DNA of 59,239 nt, taken from the NCBI GenBank assembly GCA_964567975.1, contig CAZMOW010000006.1, forward strand, positions 1-59,239. The letters run 5' to 3'. Source of the stretch: an uncultured Anaerolineales bacterium (GTDB taxonomy: Bacteria; Chloroflexota; Anaerolineae; UBA1429). Of the stretch, positions 10,354-20,590 are shown in pieces (position 1 is the first letter of the stretch; each line of letters opens with the position of its first letter). The notes beneath the pieces were generated by a model that was given only the letters and a program-made list of their open reading frames with translations, did no database searches and was not told where the DNA came from. Both the position numbers and the translations under genes were made by a program.

Positions 10354-11397
10354 ATGGATACGCGCGTCGTTTATCTGGATGTAGGGGAGATCATCCTGGA
10401 TACGGTGACCCTCCCCGAACTGGGACCCAATGACGTCCTGGTGAAGGTGCATCAGGCGTCAGTGTGTGGCTCGGAGAGATATTTTTATCGGGGCATCACC
10501 GTAAGACCTGAGGATGAAGCCCGGGGACGTCCGGACGAGCAGGGCGAGTTGCAGCACGCCTATCCAATGGGCCCCCTGGGCCACGAAGGGGGAGGCACCA
10601 TCGTGGAGGTCGGTTCAGCTGTGGAAGAATATCTGGGGGGTGGCGAGGTATCTGTGGGGGATCGTGTGGGCAGCCTCATCTTTCCCACCTATACCGACTA
10701 TTGGGTCACAGATATCAGCAACGTGCAGCCCATTCCAGAGGGAGTATCTTTTGGGGTGGGATGTCTCTATGAGGCCCTGGCCTGTGCGGCTTGGGCGGCG
10801 CGTCGTATAGATATCAAGCTCGGCGACACGGTGGCCGTGAACGGGGCTGGTTTTGCGGGCAACGTCCTTTTGCAGGGAGCCATCAAATCCGGTGCCTCCA
10901 CGGTCATCGCCGTGGACGTGGTCGACAAGAAACTGCAGGTGGCCAAAGAGTTGGGGGTCGATATCATCATCAACGCGCAGGAAGAGGATCCCGTGGCGCG
11001 CGTGAACGAGCTGACCGATGACGAGGGGGTGGACGTGGCTGTGGATGCCGTGGGCGGCACGGGCGTCGGCATCGTGCAGGCCCTGGGCATGCTGGCCCAC
11101 AATGGCGTCCTCGCCCTGTACGGGGACAACTATGCGCCCATCGAGAAGTTCTGCTTCCATCGCTTCCACGAGGATGGGCTAAAGGTGCAAAATCTCAATG
11201 CCATGCACTATACCAAGCTGCAGGCGGTGGAGAACGCCCGGGAGGCGTACCGCGCCGTGCAAAGGGGCGTTTTTGACATAGACGCCATACTGGAAAACTC
11301 GGATCGCTATGCACTCGACGAGATCGCCGACGTCTTTGCCCAAGAGGCCGAGTCCCTGGGATCGCAGCGATCGTTGAAGACCTTGATCATCCCCTGA
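10354..11397 (+). CDS. Zn-dependent medium-chain dehydrogenase
   Basis: VCGSE, LGHEGGG and GAGFAG Rossmann motifs; strong SD AAGGAG; no four-Cys structural zinc lobe. Confidence 0.85.
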   Translation: MDTRVVYLDVGEIILDTVTLPELGPNDVLVKVHQASVCGSERYFYRGITVRPEDEARGRPDEQGELQHAYPMGPLGHEGGGTIVEVGSAVEEYLGGGEVSVGDRVGSLIFPTYTDYWVTDISNVQPIPEGVSFGVGCLYEALACAAWAARRIDIKLGDTVAVNGAGFAGNVLLQGAIKSGASTVIAVDVVDKKLQVAKELGVDIIINAQEEDPVARVNELTDDEGVDVAVDAVGGTGVGIVQALGMLAHNGVLALYGDNYAPIEKFCFHRFHEDGLKVQNLNAMHYTKLQAVENAREAYRAVQRGVFDIDAILENSDRYALDEIADVFAQEAESLGSQRSLKTLIIP

Positions 11398-11470
11398 TCC
11401 TTTGGGGAACATCCTCTGGAATGTTCTCTGTTCGGCTTGCAGCAGGCGGGGAAGGGGCGGTAGAAGAGAA

Positions 11471-11499
11471 ACGGGCTGACGTCATCTGCGCCAGCCCGT
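11471..11499 (-). terminator. Hairpin/terminator after tRNA-Gln
   Basis: ACGGGCTG...CAGCCCGT stem followed by a pyrimidine-rich tract on the minus strand. Confidence 0.6.
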
Positions 11500-11504
11500 C
11501 GTCA

Positions 11505-11575
11505 CTGAGGGACAGGGATTCGAACCCCGATTTACTGATTCAGAGTCAGCCGTCCTACCATTAGACGATCCCTCA
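11505..11575 (-). tRNA. tRNA-Gln(CUG), CCA not encoded
   Basis: Acceptor stem TGAGGGA/TCCCTCA, D-loop TAATGGTA, anticodon arm GCTGA-CTCTGAA-TCAGT, T-loop GTTCGAATC; an upstream TTGCGC-17-TAAAAT promoter. Confidence 0.96.
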
Positions 11576-11826
11576 TCACAGCTCACAATTTTAGCATATT
11601 TTGCTTCCTTGCGCAAAAATAGTTTTTGCTCCTCCGAAGGGGCGTGTGCTATTCAAGATCCAGCCGTGAGGGTGAACGGGGAAGGATTATTATATATGTC
11701 GTGGACCGGCAAGGCGCTCTCTGGTATATGCTTTGCTGCTTTTCGGGACAGTCAGTTTTGACAGGTGAGATGTGAGAGATAAACTGTTATCTGCTTTGGG
11801 TTATCATTCGTGATAGCCAGGTGATC

Positions 11827-11855
11827 GAAACGTCGCGGGATCGTGGGTGTTATAG
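11827..11855 (+). promoter_or_regulatory. Candidate ECF-type autoregulatory promoter
   Basis: GAAAC-N16-TGTTATAG about 25 nt upstream of the sigma ATG. Confidence 0.45.
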
Positions 11856-11879
11856 CCAGGGAGAGGTAGCAACGTTCAC

Positions 11880-12434
11880 ATGGAATGGGACGAGAAAGCG
11901 TGTATCGAGGCGGCAAAGGAGGATCCGCGTGCCTTTGACAAGATATACGAGCACTATGTGGATCGCATATATGCTTATCTCTATCGTCGTGTCGGCAACG
12001 TGCGCGACGCCGAGGATCTCACGTCCAGGACGTTCTATCGGGCTCTGTCCCATTTGCCGGATTATGAGGACAGGGGATTTCCTTTTTCCGCCTGGCTCTA
12101 TCGTATCGCGCATAATCTGATGGCGAACTGGCATCGGGATAATAGCCGCAAATCTGTCGTATCCCTTGATGCGACGGTATTGCGTAATGTGGTGGAGCCA
12201 CAGCCAGAGAGCGCGGCGGAACTGGAATACGATGTGCGCCTCCTACGCGACGTCATTCGCACCCTCGATTCCGCTCGTCAGGAGCTCTTGGTACTCAAGT
12301 TCACCGAGGGGCTGACGAACAGAGAGATTGGCACGATCATGGGGCGAAGCGAAGGGGCCATCAAGTCGCTCTATCATCGCACACTTGTGGAACTGCGCGA
12401 AAAGGTGGCAGAGAAAGGTCTGGGTGTAGAGTGA
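11880..12434 (+). CDS. ECF sigma-70 family RNA polymerase sigma factor
   Basis: Region 2 (DAEDLTSRTF, FSAWLYRIAHN) and region 4 HTH (EIGTIMGRSEGAIKSLYHR). Confidence 0.95.
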   Translation: MEWDEKACIEAAKEDPRAFDKIYEHYVDRIYAYLYRRVGNVRDAEDLTSRTFYRALSHLPDYEDRGFPFSAWLYRIAHNLMANWHRDNSRKSVVSLDATVLRNVVEPQPESAAELEYDVRLLRDVIRTLDSARQELLVLKFTEGLTNREIGTIMGRSEGAIKSLYHRTLVELREKVAEKGLGVE

Positions 12435-12778
12435 ATTTGAGAGCAAAGACCTGGCGAATGCTATATGCTATACGTGATTGTCTGGCTTATGTGCTGGAAG
12501 CGTTGGGTTTGTGGTCTCACGACGTGAATGAGGTGGACGAGTTGGAAAGCACCATGGAGGTGGCCCTGCCGCCCGTTAGCCCCTCCGATCGTTTTCGGGA
12601 GAGATTGCGCGGTGATCTCAGCCTGGCGGCACAGCGCCGGGTGTCCGGACTTGTGCTCGAGTATCCTCGGCCACTTCGGGAGGCCATCCTCTTGGGTCTC
12701 TCGGCTAGTGTCCTGACCATCCTATTGACGGTCGTCGTGGTGATCTTTTATACTCGTCTGGTGACCTCTGAGGACTGA
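12431..12778 (+). CDS. Small membrane protein, putative anti-sigma factor (start uncertain)
   Basis: GTGA overlap with the sigma stop; PVSPSDRFRERL motif and one C-terminal TM helix. Confidence 0.6.
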   Translation: MNLRAKTWRMLYAIRDCLAYVLEALGLWSHDVNEVDELESTMEVALPPVSPSDRFRERLRGDLSLAAQRRVSGLVLEYPRPLREAILLGLSASVLTILLTVVVVIFYTRLVTSED

Positions 12779-12795
12779 TCAGCCCTGAGGCTATG

Positions 12796-12833
12796 AAAAA
12801 AGAGCCCCTTTTTTAGAAAAGGGGCTCTTTTTT
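12796..12833. terminator. Bidirectional intrinsic terminator
   Basis: A-tract, GAGCCCCTTTT...AAAAGGGGCTC stem, T-tract between convergent genes. Confidence 0.9.
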
Positions 12834-12844
12834 CATAGCTGGCA

Positions 12845-13828
12845 TCACACACGATGGCACGCCACCCAATGTCCGTCTTCCACCTTGTGCCATGTGGGGC
12901 TGACGGCTTCACACTTTTCGGTGCTGTACTGACAGCGGTTGCAAAAGTTGCAGCCCTGCGGGGGATTCGCGGGGCTTGGCACGTCCCCTTGCAGTATGAT
13001 TCGCTCTCGCTCATCCTCCACCTCGGGATCCGGAATGGGCACGGCGGATAGGAGTGCCTGGGTGTAGGGATGGAGGGGGTTTTCGTACAGTTCGTCGCGC
13101 GTCGTCAGTTCTGCGAGCTTGCCCAAATACATCACGGCGATGCGATCGCTGATATGCCGCACCACGGACAGGTCATGGGCGATAAACAGGTAAGTGAGGC
13201 CAAACTCGTCCTGGAGTTCCTCCAACAGGTTAATGATCTGTGCCTGTATGGAGACGTCCAGAGCAGATACCGGTTCGTCGCACACGATGAAATCGGGCTG
13301 GACGGCCAGGGCACGCGCCACACCGATGCGCTGACGCTGTCCGCCAGAGAACTCGTGGGGATAGCGGTTGATGAAATAGGGATTCAATCCCACCGTCTCC
13401 AACAGTTCTTGCACGCGTTCACGGCGCTTATTCGGACGCAGGATATTGTGCACCTGTAAAGGTTCCCCGACAATGTTGCCCACCGTCATGCGCGGATTAA
13501 GGGAGGCATAGGGATCCTGAAAGATCATCTGCATGCGGCTGCGCATGAGTCGCAGTCGCTCGCCGCGCATCTCTGTCAACTCCTGCCCTTCAAATTGTAC
13601 TTTGCCCTCTGTGGGGCGGTATAGTTGCAGGATGGCGCGTCCCGTCGTCGATTTTCCGCAGCCGCTCTCTCCTACCAAGCCAAGGGTCTCGCCCTTGCGT
13701 ATACCAAAAGTCAGGCCGTCGACGGCCTTGATATCTCCTATATGGCGTTGAAATATGATGCCCCTGGTGATGGGGAACCACATCTTGAGATTTTCAACCT
13801 GCAACAGTACGTCGTTATTTGTGGCCAT
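12845..13828 (-). CDS. oppF: Oligopeptide ABC transporter ATPase
   Basis: [27 protein letters not shown]-terminal HPYT and Cys cluster. Confidence 0.92.
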   Translation of the reverse strand: MATNNDVLLQVENLKMWFPITRGIIFQRHIGDIKAVDGLTFGIRKGETLGLVGESGCGKSTTGRAILQLYRPTEGKVQFEGQELTEMRGERLRLMRSRMQMIFQDPYASLNPRMTVGNIVGEPLQVHNILRPNKRRERVQELLETVGLNPYFINRYPHEFSGGQRQRIGVARALAVQPDFIVCDEPVSALDVSIQAQIINLLEELQDEFGLTYLFIAHDLSVVRHISDRIAVMYLGKLAELTTRDELYENPLHPYTQALLSAVPIPDPEVEDERERIILQGDVPSPANPPQGCNFCNRCQYSTEKCEAVSPTWHKVEDGHWVACHRV

Positions 13829-14822
13829 ATTCTATGCCCCCTTTTTCCTGCGTGACGTCGACCCAACATGCTATCTCATGCCCATCTGGGCCGATGGGTT
13901 CGAGTCGAGGATTCTGCTCCAAGCATTTGGGTATTCTATATCTGCACCGCGCATAAAAGGGACACCCCGGCGGCAAACTGACGAGGTCGGGGGGCAATCC
14001 CTCGATGGGAGTCAATTTTCGGTCCTCCTGTTCATCCAATCGCGGAAGCGAGCCCAACAGGCCCATAGAGTAGGGATGGCGGGGATTGCTGTAGAACTCG
14101 TGTACTTTTGCCCGCTCTACCAAATAGCCCGCATACATCACCTGCACGCGATCCACGAGCCCCGCCACGATGCCCAGATCGTGGGTGATCCAGATGATGG
14201 CCATTCCCAGCTCTTCCTGCAGCTCTTTGATGAGGTCTATGATCTGGGCCTGAATGGTGACGTCCAGGGCTGTGGTGGGTTCGTCGGCGATCAGCAGGCG
14301 GGGATCGCAGGAGAGAGCCATGGCAATCATCACACGCTGGCGCATGCCCCCCGAGAATTGATGGGGATAGTCGTCGATCCGATCTCGGGCCTCTGGAATG
14401 TGTACCATTCCCATCAGCTCGATGCTGCGCTCCCGGGCCTCCTGTTTATTCATGCCCATGTGTAGTTCCAGGGCCTCGCTTATCTGCCGTCCGATAGTCA
14501 ACACGGGGTTCAAAGACGTCATGGGATCCTGAAAGATCATGGCGATGTCGTTGCCCCGCACGCGGCGGATCTGCTCTTTGCTGAGTTGGAGCAGGTCCCT
14601 TCCCTCAAACAGCACCTCGCCGTCCACGATGCGACCAGGGGGCTCGGGAATGAGCCGCATCATCGAAAGCACGCTGACGCTTTTGCCACAGCCGCTCTCG
14701 CCCACCACGCCCAGTGTTTCGCCCGCATCCAGCGTAAAGCTGACGCCGTTGACCGCCTGGACGATCCCGTCCTGGGTGACGAACTCGGTACGTAGGTCTT
14801 TGACTTGTAATAGAGGTTCCAT
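13815..14822 (-). CDS. oppD: Oligopeptide ABC transporter ATPase
   Basis: [36 protein letters not shown]. Confidence 0.92.
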   Translation of the reverse strand: MEPLLQVKDLRTEFVTQDGIVQAVNGVSFTLDAGETLGVVGESGCGKSVSVLSMMRLIPEPPGRIVDGEVLFEGRDLLQLSKEQIRRVRGNDIAMIFQDPMTSLNPVLTIGRQISEALELHMGMNKQEARERSIELMGMVHIPEARDRIDDYPHQFSGGMRQRVMIAMALSCDPRLLIADEPTTALDVTIQAQIIDLIKELQEELGMAIIWITHDLGIVAGLVDRVQVMYAGYLVERAKVHEFYSNPRHPYSMGLLGSLPRLDEQEDRKLTPIEGLPPDLVSLPPGCPFYARCRYRIPKCLEQNPRLEPIGPDGHEIACWVDVTQEKGGIEYGHK

Positions 14823-14853
14823 AGCAGTACTTCCTCCGAAAAAAGTTCTCTTA

Positions 14854-16518
14854 CTACTCCGCGATACGGATGTCCTTCAGCCAAGGGCGCAGTCCTGCGC
14901 CAGCGGTAAAACCCCTGACATAAGGTTTCACTAAATGGTAGTTCACACCATGATTCAAAGGTATTATTGGTGCTTCGCGCACGATGATACGTTCCGCCTC
15001 TTGATAGAGCTCCCAGCGTGCCGTCGCCTCGTCTTCCACCCGCGCCGCCTCCAGCAGTTCGTCCACGCGCTGATTGTGGTATCCTGTGTGATTTTGAGAA
15101 CTTTTGCTGTGAAAAAGAATGTCCAAAAAGTTCTGGGGATCCGGGTAATCGGCGATCCACCCGGAGGAAAACATCTGATATCGCCGAACGCTCAGGTCGT
15201 CCAAAAAGTGCGGCCAATCCACCTGATGCACCATGATGTCCAATCCCAGACTTTCTGAGATCATGTGGCGGACTGCCCGGGTTGTGTCGGGCATATGTCC
15301 GCTGGTGCCGCTGATGGTCAGCACGATCTCGGGCATTTCCTCCTCTGTGCCATAGCGAGAGCGCGCCAGGTTCTCGCGTGCTGCCTGGGGGTCATGATCC
15401 AATCCCCTCAAGGATGCATCGCAGGCGGGCATGGCGGGGGGCAGGATGCCCTCGGCCGGCGTCCCCGTCCCCCTCAGCACGAGTTCGGCGAGCTTTTCCT
15501 TATCGATGGCCTGGGCAAAGGCCTGGCGCACATTGACGTCGTCGAATGGTCGCTTTGTCACATTCAGGCCCAGGTACTGCAGACTCAATTCCGCGCTCTG
15601 CACAAGCTCGTCATGCAGGGGGTTGTATGGGTCTGATACGCGTTCGACCTCAGAGGGAGGCACGGTCACGATGTCCAGCGTATCGTTCTCGTACATGGTG
15701 ATGGGCATCCCACCACCCATCACGTATTCCACCCTCTTTAGGGCCGGCCTTTGACCGTAATAATTCTCATTGCGCGAGAGAACGATCCTTTCTTCATCAT
15801 GACGTTCCAGTACAAAGGGACCACTTCCGTTGGGAGCCTGTAGCCAGGCCGTGCCTTCCTGTGTTATCTGCTCTTCATCCACCACAAAGGCGGCGGGATA
15901 GGCAAGTTTGGCCAAAAAGTAGGCCTTGGGAGCATCTATTTCGATCTGTAGGGTATGGGAATCCACAATCTCCAGGCCCGCGATCCGTTCCGCCCCTCCG
16001 CTCATAAAAGCCTTTGCTCCCACGATATCTCCTAGATAGGCTTCTGCCACTGGAGATGCCAGCCGGGGATTGCAGGCCCGCTCCATGGAATAGACGATAT
16101 CCTGCGCCGTGATGGGCCTACCGTCGGCGAACTGGGCCTCCTCCTCCAGGTAAAAGGTATAAGTCGTCCTCTCGGCGTCCAGTTCCCACTTCCTGGCCAG
16201 ATCGGGCACGATTTCTTGTTCCTGGTTCAAAGCCACCAAGCCGCTATAAAGATGAACCACATACTCCGCAGACGTGCTGTCCTGCACCATAGCAGGATCC
16301 AACGTCGGTGGCTGCCCGCCAAAGATGCGGAGCGTTCCCCCCGCGTCTGCCTGTCGTACGTCGCCCAGTGGAACTACCTGAGAGCTTGCGGGCCTTTCCT
16401 TGGACCAAAAGCCCTTGTAGGCCAGATACCCCGTGGAGGCGCATGCTACGCTGAGCACACACAAAGAGAGTAATATCGAGCCTATGCCGACCATCCAGGT
16501 GCGCTTGGACTTATCCAT
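14854..16518 (-). CDS. Peptide ABC transporter substrate-binding protein (second OppA-like)
   Basis: PPTLDPA, LYSGLV, NGSGPF, GWIADYPDP; N-terminal hydrophobic anchor. Confidence 0.9.
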   Translation of the reverse strand: MDKSKRTWMVGIGSILLSLCVLSVACASTGYLAYKGFWSKERPASSQVVPLGDVRQADAGGTLRIFGGQPPTLDPAMVQDSTSAEYVVHLYSGLVALNQEQEIVPDLARKWELDAERTTYTFYLEEEAQFADGRPITAQDIVYSMERACNPRLASPVAEAYLGDIVGAKAFMSGGAERIAGLEIVDSHTLQIEIDAPKAYFLAKLAYPAAFVVDEEQITQEGTAWLQAPNGSGPFVLERHDEERIVLSRNENYYGQRPALKRVEYVMGGGMPITMYENDTLDIVTVPPSEVERVSDPYNPLHDELVQSAELSLQYLGLNVTKRPFDDVNVRQAFAQAIDKEKLAELVLRGTGTPAEGILPPAMPACDASLRGLDHDPQAARENLARSRYGTEEEMPEIVLTISGTSGHMPDTTRAVRHMISESLGLDIMVHQVDWPHFLDDLSVRRYQMFSSGWIADYPDPQNFLDILFHSKSSQNHTGYHNQRVDELLEAARVEDEATARWELYQEAERIIVREAPIIPLNHGVNYHLVKPYVRGFTAGAGLRPWLKDIRIAE

Positions 16519-16539
16519 GCCTATATCTTGCCGCCACGC

Positions 16540-17595
16540 CTATTGCGTCCCCCGCATCCTTGGATCCAGCGCGTCGCGTAGCCCGTCCCCCAAAAAGTTG
16601 AAAGCGAACATGGTAAGGGACAGGATGATGGCGGGAAAAAGTACCTGGTTGGGATAAGAGCGGATGGCTCTGGCCCCTTCAGAGATCATGCTCCCCCAGC
16701 TCGGTGTGGGGGGATCGACGCCCAGGCCGATGAAACTCAGGAATACCTCGGTATTGATGTAACTGGGGATATTCAATGTCACACTGACCAGGATGGGGCC
16801 GATGATGTTGGGCAGGATGTGCCGCACGATGATGCGCAGATCGCTGGAACCGATCATGCGGGAGGCCTCGATGAACTCTTTTTCTTTCAGAGAAAGGATC
16901 TGCCCTCGGGCCAGGCGGGCGGTGCCCATCCAGGCCGTGATTCCGATGCCCATAAAGATGAAAAAGATGCCGCCCCCTTGTAAACCAAAGAGCCTGTCGA
17001 CGGCGTTGTTGATCTGATTGAACGTGTAAGAGGCCGTTCCCGGTTCTGGAGTCCCGCCAAAAGTGGTCTTGAAAAAGGCCATGAGCAGGATGATGAACAA
17101 CATGGTAGGAAAGGCATAGACGATCTCCACAATACGCATCATGATGTCGTCCACTTTTCCGCCATAGTATCCCGATATGCAGCCGTACACGAGGCCGATG
17201 ATCAAGGCTGTCATGGCCCCGATGAATCCCACGGGCAGGGACACGCGGATACCATAGATGATGCGACTCAGAAGGTCACGCCCCAAATAGTCAGCGCCCA
17301 GCAGGAATTTATCTCCTATGGTGGAGTAATCCTCCATGTTCCCCGGCATCACCTTTGTCAGCCACAGGGGAACTGTATAGTTCTCGTCGGAATCTCCCCT
17401 TGCATAATGGTAGGGGGCGATGACGTCGGCGAATATGCCCAGAAATATCAATAGGAGGACGAGGATGCCCCCGATGATGGCCGCCCTATTTCTGAGCAGG
17501 CGCTCGAAAGCGTCCTGCCATAGGTTTGTTACCCTGTGTTGCGATTCGCTGCCCGTATCAGTAAGACGGCGAGCGGCTTGCCTTTGTCTGCTCAT
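16540..17595 (-). CDS. oppC: Oligopeptide ABC transporter permease
   Basis: LGADYLGRD, EFIEASRMIG (EAA loop), FNFLGDGLRDALDP. Confidence 0.92.
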   Translation of the reverse strand: MSRQRQAARRLTDTGSESQHRVTNLWQDAFERLLRNRAAIIGGILVLLLIFLGIFADVIAPYHYARGDSDENYTVPLWLTKVMPGNMEDYSTIGDKFLLGADYLGRDLLSRIIYGIRVSLPVGFIGAMTALIIGLVYGCISGYYGGKVDDIMMRIVEIVYAFPTMLFIILLMAFFKTTFGGTPEPGTASYTFNQINNAVDRLFGLQGGGIFFIFMGIGITAWMGTARLARGQILSLKEKEFIEASRMIGSSDLRIIVRHILPNIIGPILVSVTLNIPSYINTEVFLSFIGLGVDPPTPSWGSMISEGARAIRSYPNQVLFPAIILSLTMFAFNFLGDGLRDALDPRMRGTQ

Positions 17596-17610
17596 AAACG
17601 GAAATCCTTT

Positions 17611-18558
17611 CTAGTCGTAATGGATCCGCGGATCCAGGAAAGCGTATACGATGTCGACGACGAGGGTCGATACGGTCAAAAAGAGGGCGTACATGAGTAC
17701 CGTTCCCATCACGACGGGATAGTCTCGGTTACTGATGCTGGTGATGAAATATTTGCCCATGCCGGGGATGGCAAAGATCTGTTCCACAACAAAGCTGCCT
17801 GTGACGATGGCGGCGAACATGGGCCCCAGGACGGTGGCCACCGGTATGAAAGCGTTCTTTAGGGCGTGGCGTACGATCACGATCTTTTCGCTCAAGCCTT
17901 TGGCGCGCGCAGTGCGTATATAGTCCTCCCGTGTGACCTGCAGCATGCTGGCCCGCGTCAGGCGGGCGATGATGGCCGACGAGCCCAGCCCCAGGGTCAC
18001 GGCGGGCATGATCATCTGATTCAGCCTTCCCCATCCAGCCACGGGAAACCAGCCCAATGTCAACGCAAAGATCAGGATGAGCAGGGGACCTAACACCACA
18101 GAGGGCACCGACACCCCAAAGATGGCCACCGTCATGCTTGCATAGTCCCATATAGAGTTCTGTTTCAACGCGGCCACCACGCCCAGGGGCACGCCCAGGC
18201 CCACAGCGATCAACATGGCCACCAGCCCCAGTTTCAAAGAGACCGGAAGATGATCGCTGAAAATGTCGTTCACTGTGCGGCTGCGCGAAGAGTAGGAGGG
18301 CCCAAAATCCCACTGAAGAACACCGGCAAATTCGCCCTGTGGGTTGCGGGTGAACCCCATATAGTCGGTGTACTGTTTCCACAGGGGCTGATCGATGCCA
18401 TAGTGTTTATTCAGGTTGGCCCTGATCTCGGCTGGCAAAGGCTTCTCGCGGTCAAAAGGTCCGCCCGGAACGGCGTGTACCAACGAAAAAGTGACAACGG
18501 AGATAAAGAGGAACACGGGGATTAACCATAGCAGGCGCCGAGCGATATATCGTCCCAT
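17611..18558 (-). CDS. oppB: Oligopeptide ABC transporter permease
   Basis: VPGGPF, DYIRTARAKGL, VEQIFAIPGMG, YAFLDPRI. Confidence 0.92.
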   Translation of the reverse strand: MGRYIARRLLWLIPVFLFISVVTFSLVHAVPGGPFDREKPLPAEIRANLNKHYGIDQPLWKQYTDYMGFTRNPQGEFAGVLQWDFGPSYSSRSRTVNDIFSDHLPVSLKLGLVAMLIAVGLGVPLGVVAALKQNSIWDYASMTVAIFGVSVPSVVLGPLLILIFALTLGWFPVAGWGRLNQMIMPAVTLGLGSSAIIARLTRASMLQVTREDYIRTARAKGLSEKIVIVRHALKNAFIPVATVLGPMFAAIVTGSFVVEQIFAIPGMGKYFITSISNRDYPVVMGTVLMYALFLTVSTLVVDIVYAFLDPRIHYD

Positions 18559-18665
18559 CTTTTTCTGTTATCCGTCCTCCCTGTAGAGTATAGAATTTAG
18601 GATCTGTTCAACGAGAGCATACTAACGCCAACAGTAAATTATAACATATATCACGCTATATACAT

Positions 18666-18700
18666 AAAAGTGCCACATGGCCATTGGGGCCATGTGGCAC
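18666..18700 (-). terminator. Stem-loop between oppA and oppB (terminator or mRNA stabiliser)
   Basis: 13-bp perfect inverted repeat GTGCCACATGGCC...GGCCATGTGGCAC followed by TTTT. Confidence 0.75.
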
Positions 18701-18722
18701 ATATCCTAGCGATGGTGGGAGC

Positions 18723-20381
18723 CTATTCCTTCTCGATGGTCCACTGCTCCCAGTGCTCGCCGCCCAGGGGCGCATACGTGCGGTTCACGTACGGCTTGGT
18801 GCAGACGACGCGCGTATAGTAGTAGATGGGGATGATCACGGCCTCATCGGCGCACAGGATCTTTTCCGCCTCAAAGTAGAGCTCCTCACGCTTTTCAGGA
18901 TCGGGCTCTTGCGCCGCTTGCTCTGTCAGTCTCATGAACTCCTGAGCCGATTCTGACTCGGGATCCCACTGGGGACTGTTGGAGCCCTTTGTAGGATGAA
19001 AATTCTCCATAACCCAGTTGTTCTCGTCTGGATAGTCAGCACACCAACCCAGGCGGTAGATCTGCGGTGCGTCCTCGGTCACGGTTTGCAGGTAAACCTT
19101 CCACTCCTGGTTGGCCAGTTTCACCTCTACGCCCAGGTTCTCTTTCCAGGTCTGCTGAGCGAACTCGGCGATCTTTTGGTGTCCCTCGCTGGTATTGAAC
19201 ATCAGGGTGATATCGGGCAGGCCCTCGCCGTCCGGATATCCCGCCTCTGCCAACAGTTCTTTCGCCCTGTCGGGATCGAAGGTGATACCGGGAAAGTCCG
19301 GATTCTCCGCTGGGGTACCAAAGATACCGGGGCAGGCAAAGGTCTGGGCCGGTTTCTGGTCACCCTTGGTCACGGTGTCGATCAGTTTCTGCCGATCAAA
19401 GGCGTAGGAGAAGGCCTGTCGCAGCTTCGGATTGTCGGCAAAGGGCTCTTTACTCACGTTAAAGCCATAGTAGTAGGTGCAGAGTTCTGGTGCGATGTCG
19501 AGCTCCTCGGATAGTTCGGGATCCGCCTTGACGCGATCCATATCCTCCAGAGGCGGTGACGCAACGTCCAGTTCCCCGTTCTCGTACATGGCAAAGGCCG
19601 TAGAGTCCTCTGTGACCATGACGCAGTTGACCTTGGCAATCTGCACATCATCCGCGGCATAGTAGTGGGGGTTCTTGACAAAGACCATATTGTCCTCGTG
19701 CTCCCACGTGTCGAGGCAGTACGGGCCATTGGTCACAATGTTCTCAGCTTCCGTCCACGTGTCTCCATGTTCCTCGATGGTGTCCTGAGGTACGGGACGG
19801 TTGATCCACATGCCGGCGATGGCGGGAAAGTAGCCCGCGGGTCGTTCCAACGTGAACTGGACGGTATAGTCGTCCAGGGCCTCGACGCCGATGGTGTCCA
19901 GGTCCGTGCTCTCGCCGGTGTTTACGGCCTCGGCGTTCTTGATGATATAGTCGACATAGGCATAGTCGGATGCCGTCTCGGGATTGATCGTTCGCTTCAC
20001 GGCATCTTCCACGTCGTGGGCCGTGACCTTGTCCAGTTCTTCTGCCTTGCCGCTCTCGGGATCATAGTCCACCCAGTGGACGTCATCCCGCAGATTGAAC
20101 GTCCAGACGAGGCCATCGTCGGATACGTCCCAATCTGTGGCCAGTTCGGGCACGACCTCCATGGTCTCGTCGTCAAAGTCCGTCAACCCCAAAAAGAGCG
20201 CCTGATCCACCTGTACCGACGTGGTGTCCGTGGCCAGGGCGGGGTCCAGTGTGGGGGGTTCGGTGCCCAGGTTCCAGTTGAGTTCAGGCCCCTCGGCCTT
20301 TCCCCCAGCGCACCCGCTCAGAACCGCCGATAAAGCCATAAAGACGGCCAGCAGGACGAGAACTACTTTCTTACTTGCCAT
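18723..20381 (-). CDS. oppA: Oligopeptide ABC transporter substrate-binding lipoprotein
   Basis: Lipobox LSGC, EPPTLDP, TNGPY, GWCADYPD; SD before ATG 20381. Confidence 0.92.
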   Translation of the reverse strand: MASKKVVLVLLAVFMALSAVLSGCAGGKAEGPELNWNLGTEPPTLDPALATDTTSVQVDQALFLGLTDFDDETMEVVPELATDWDVSDDGLVWTFNLRDDVHWVDYDPESGKAEELDKVTAHDVEDAVKRTINPETASDYAYVDYIIKNAEAVNTGESTDLDTIGVEALDDYTVQFTLERPAGYFPAIAGMWINRPVPQDTIEEHGDTWTEAENIVTNGPYCLDTWEHEDNMVFVKNPHYYAADDVQIAKVNCVMVTEDSTAFAMYENGELDVASPPLEDMDRVKADPELSEELDIAPELCTYYYGFNVSKEPFADNPKLRQAFSYAFDRQKLIDTVTKGDQKPAQTFACPGIFGTPAENPDFPGITFDPDRAKELLAEAGYPDGEGLPDITLMFNTSEGHQKIAEFAQQTWKENLGVEVKLANQEWKVYLQTVTEDAPQIYRLGWCADYPDENNWVMENFHPTKGSNSPQWDPESESAQEFMRLTEQAAQEPDPEKREELYFEAEKILCADEAVIIPIYYYTRVVCTKPYVNRTYAPLGGEHWEQWTIEKE

Positions 20382-20590
20382 TTTTCCCTCCTCAGAGAGT
20401 GTCGTAAAATGAGATATTTCTATCCATCCCCGCATGATCGCCTGGCGTCGTTTCTCATTCTTTTCTGGAGAGACGACCCCTCAACAGGGATAGAGTTGAG
20501 CCCATAACATATCATTTTTCGTCTTTGTACCCAATTCCACAATTATACTACCAATTATGTTCAAATCCAAATGTGCCTTCCGATGCGAAT

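Noticed and set aside
11400-11575. tRNA-Gln as an island integration site
   Set aside because: I saw no integrase and no duplicated tRNA 3' end in the window.
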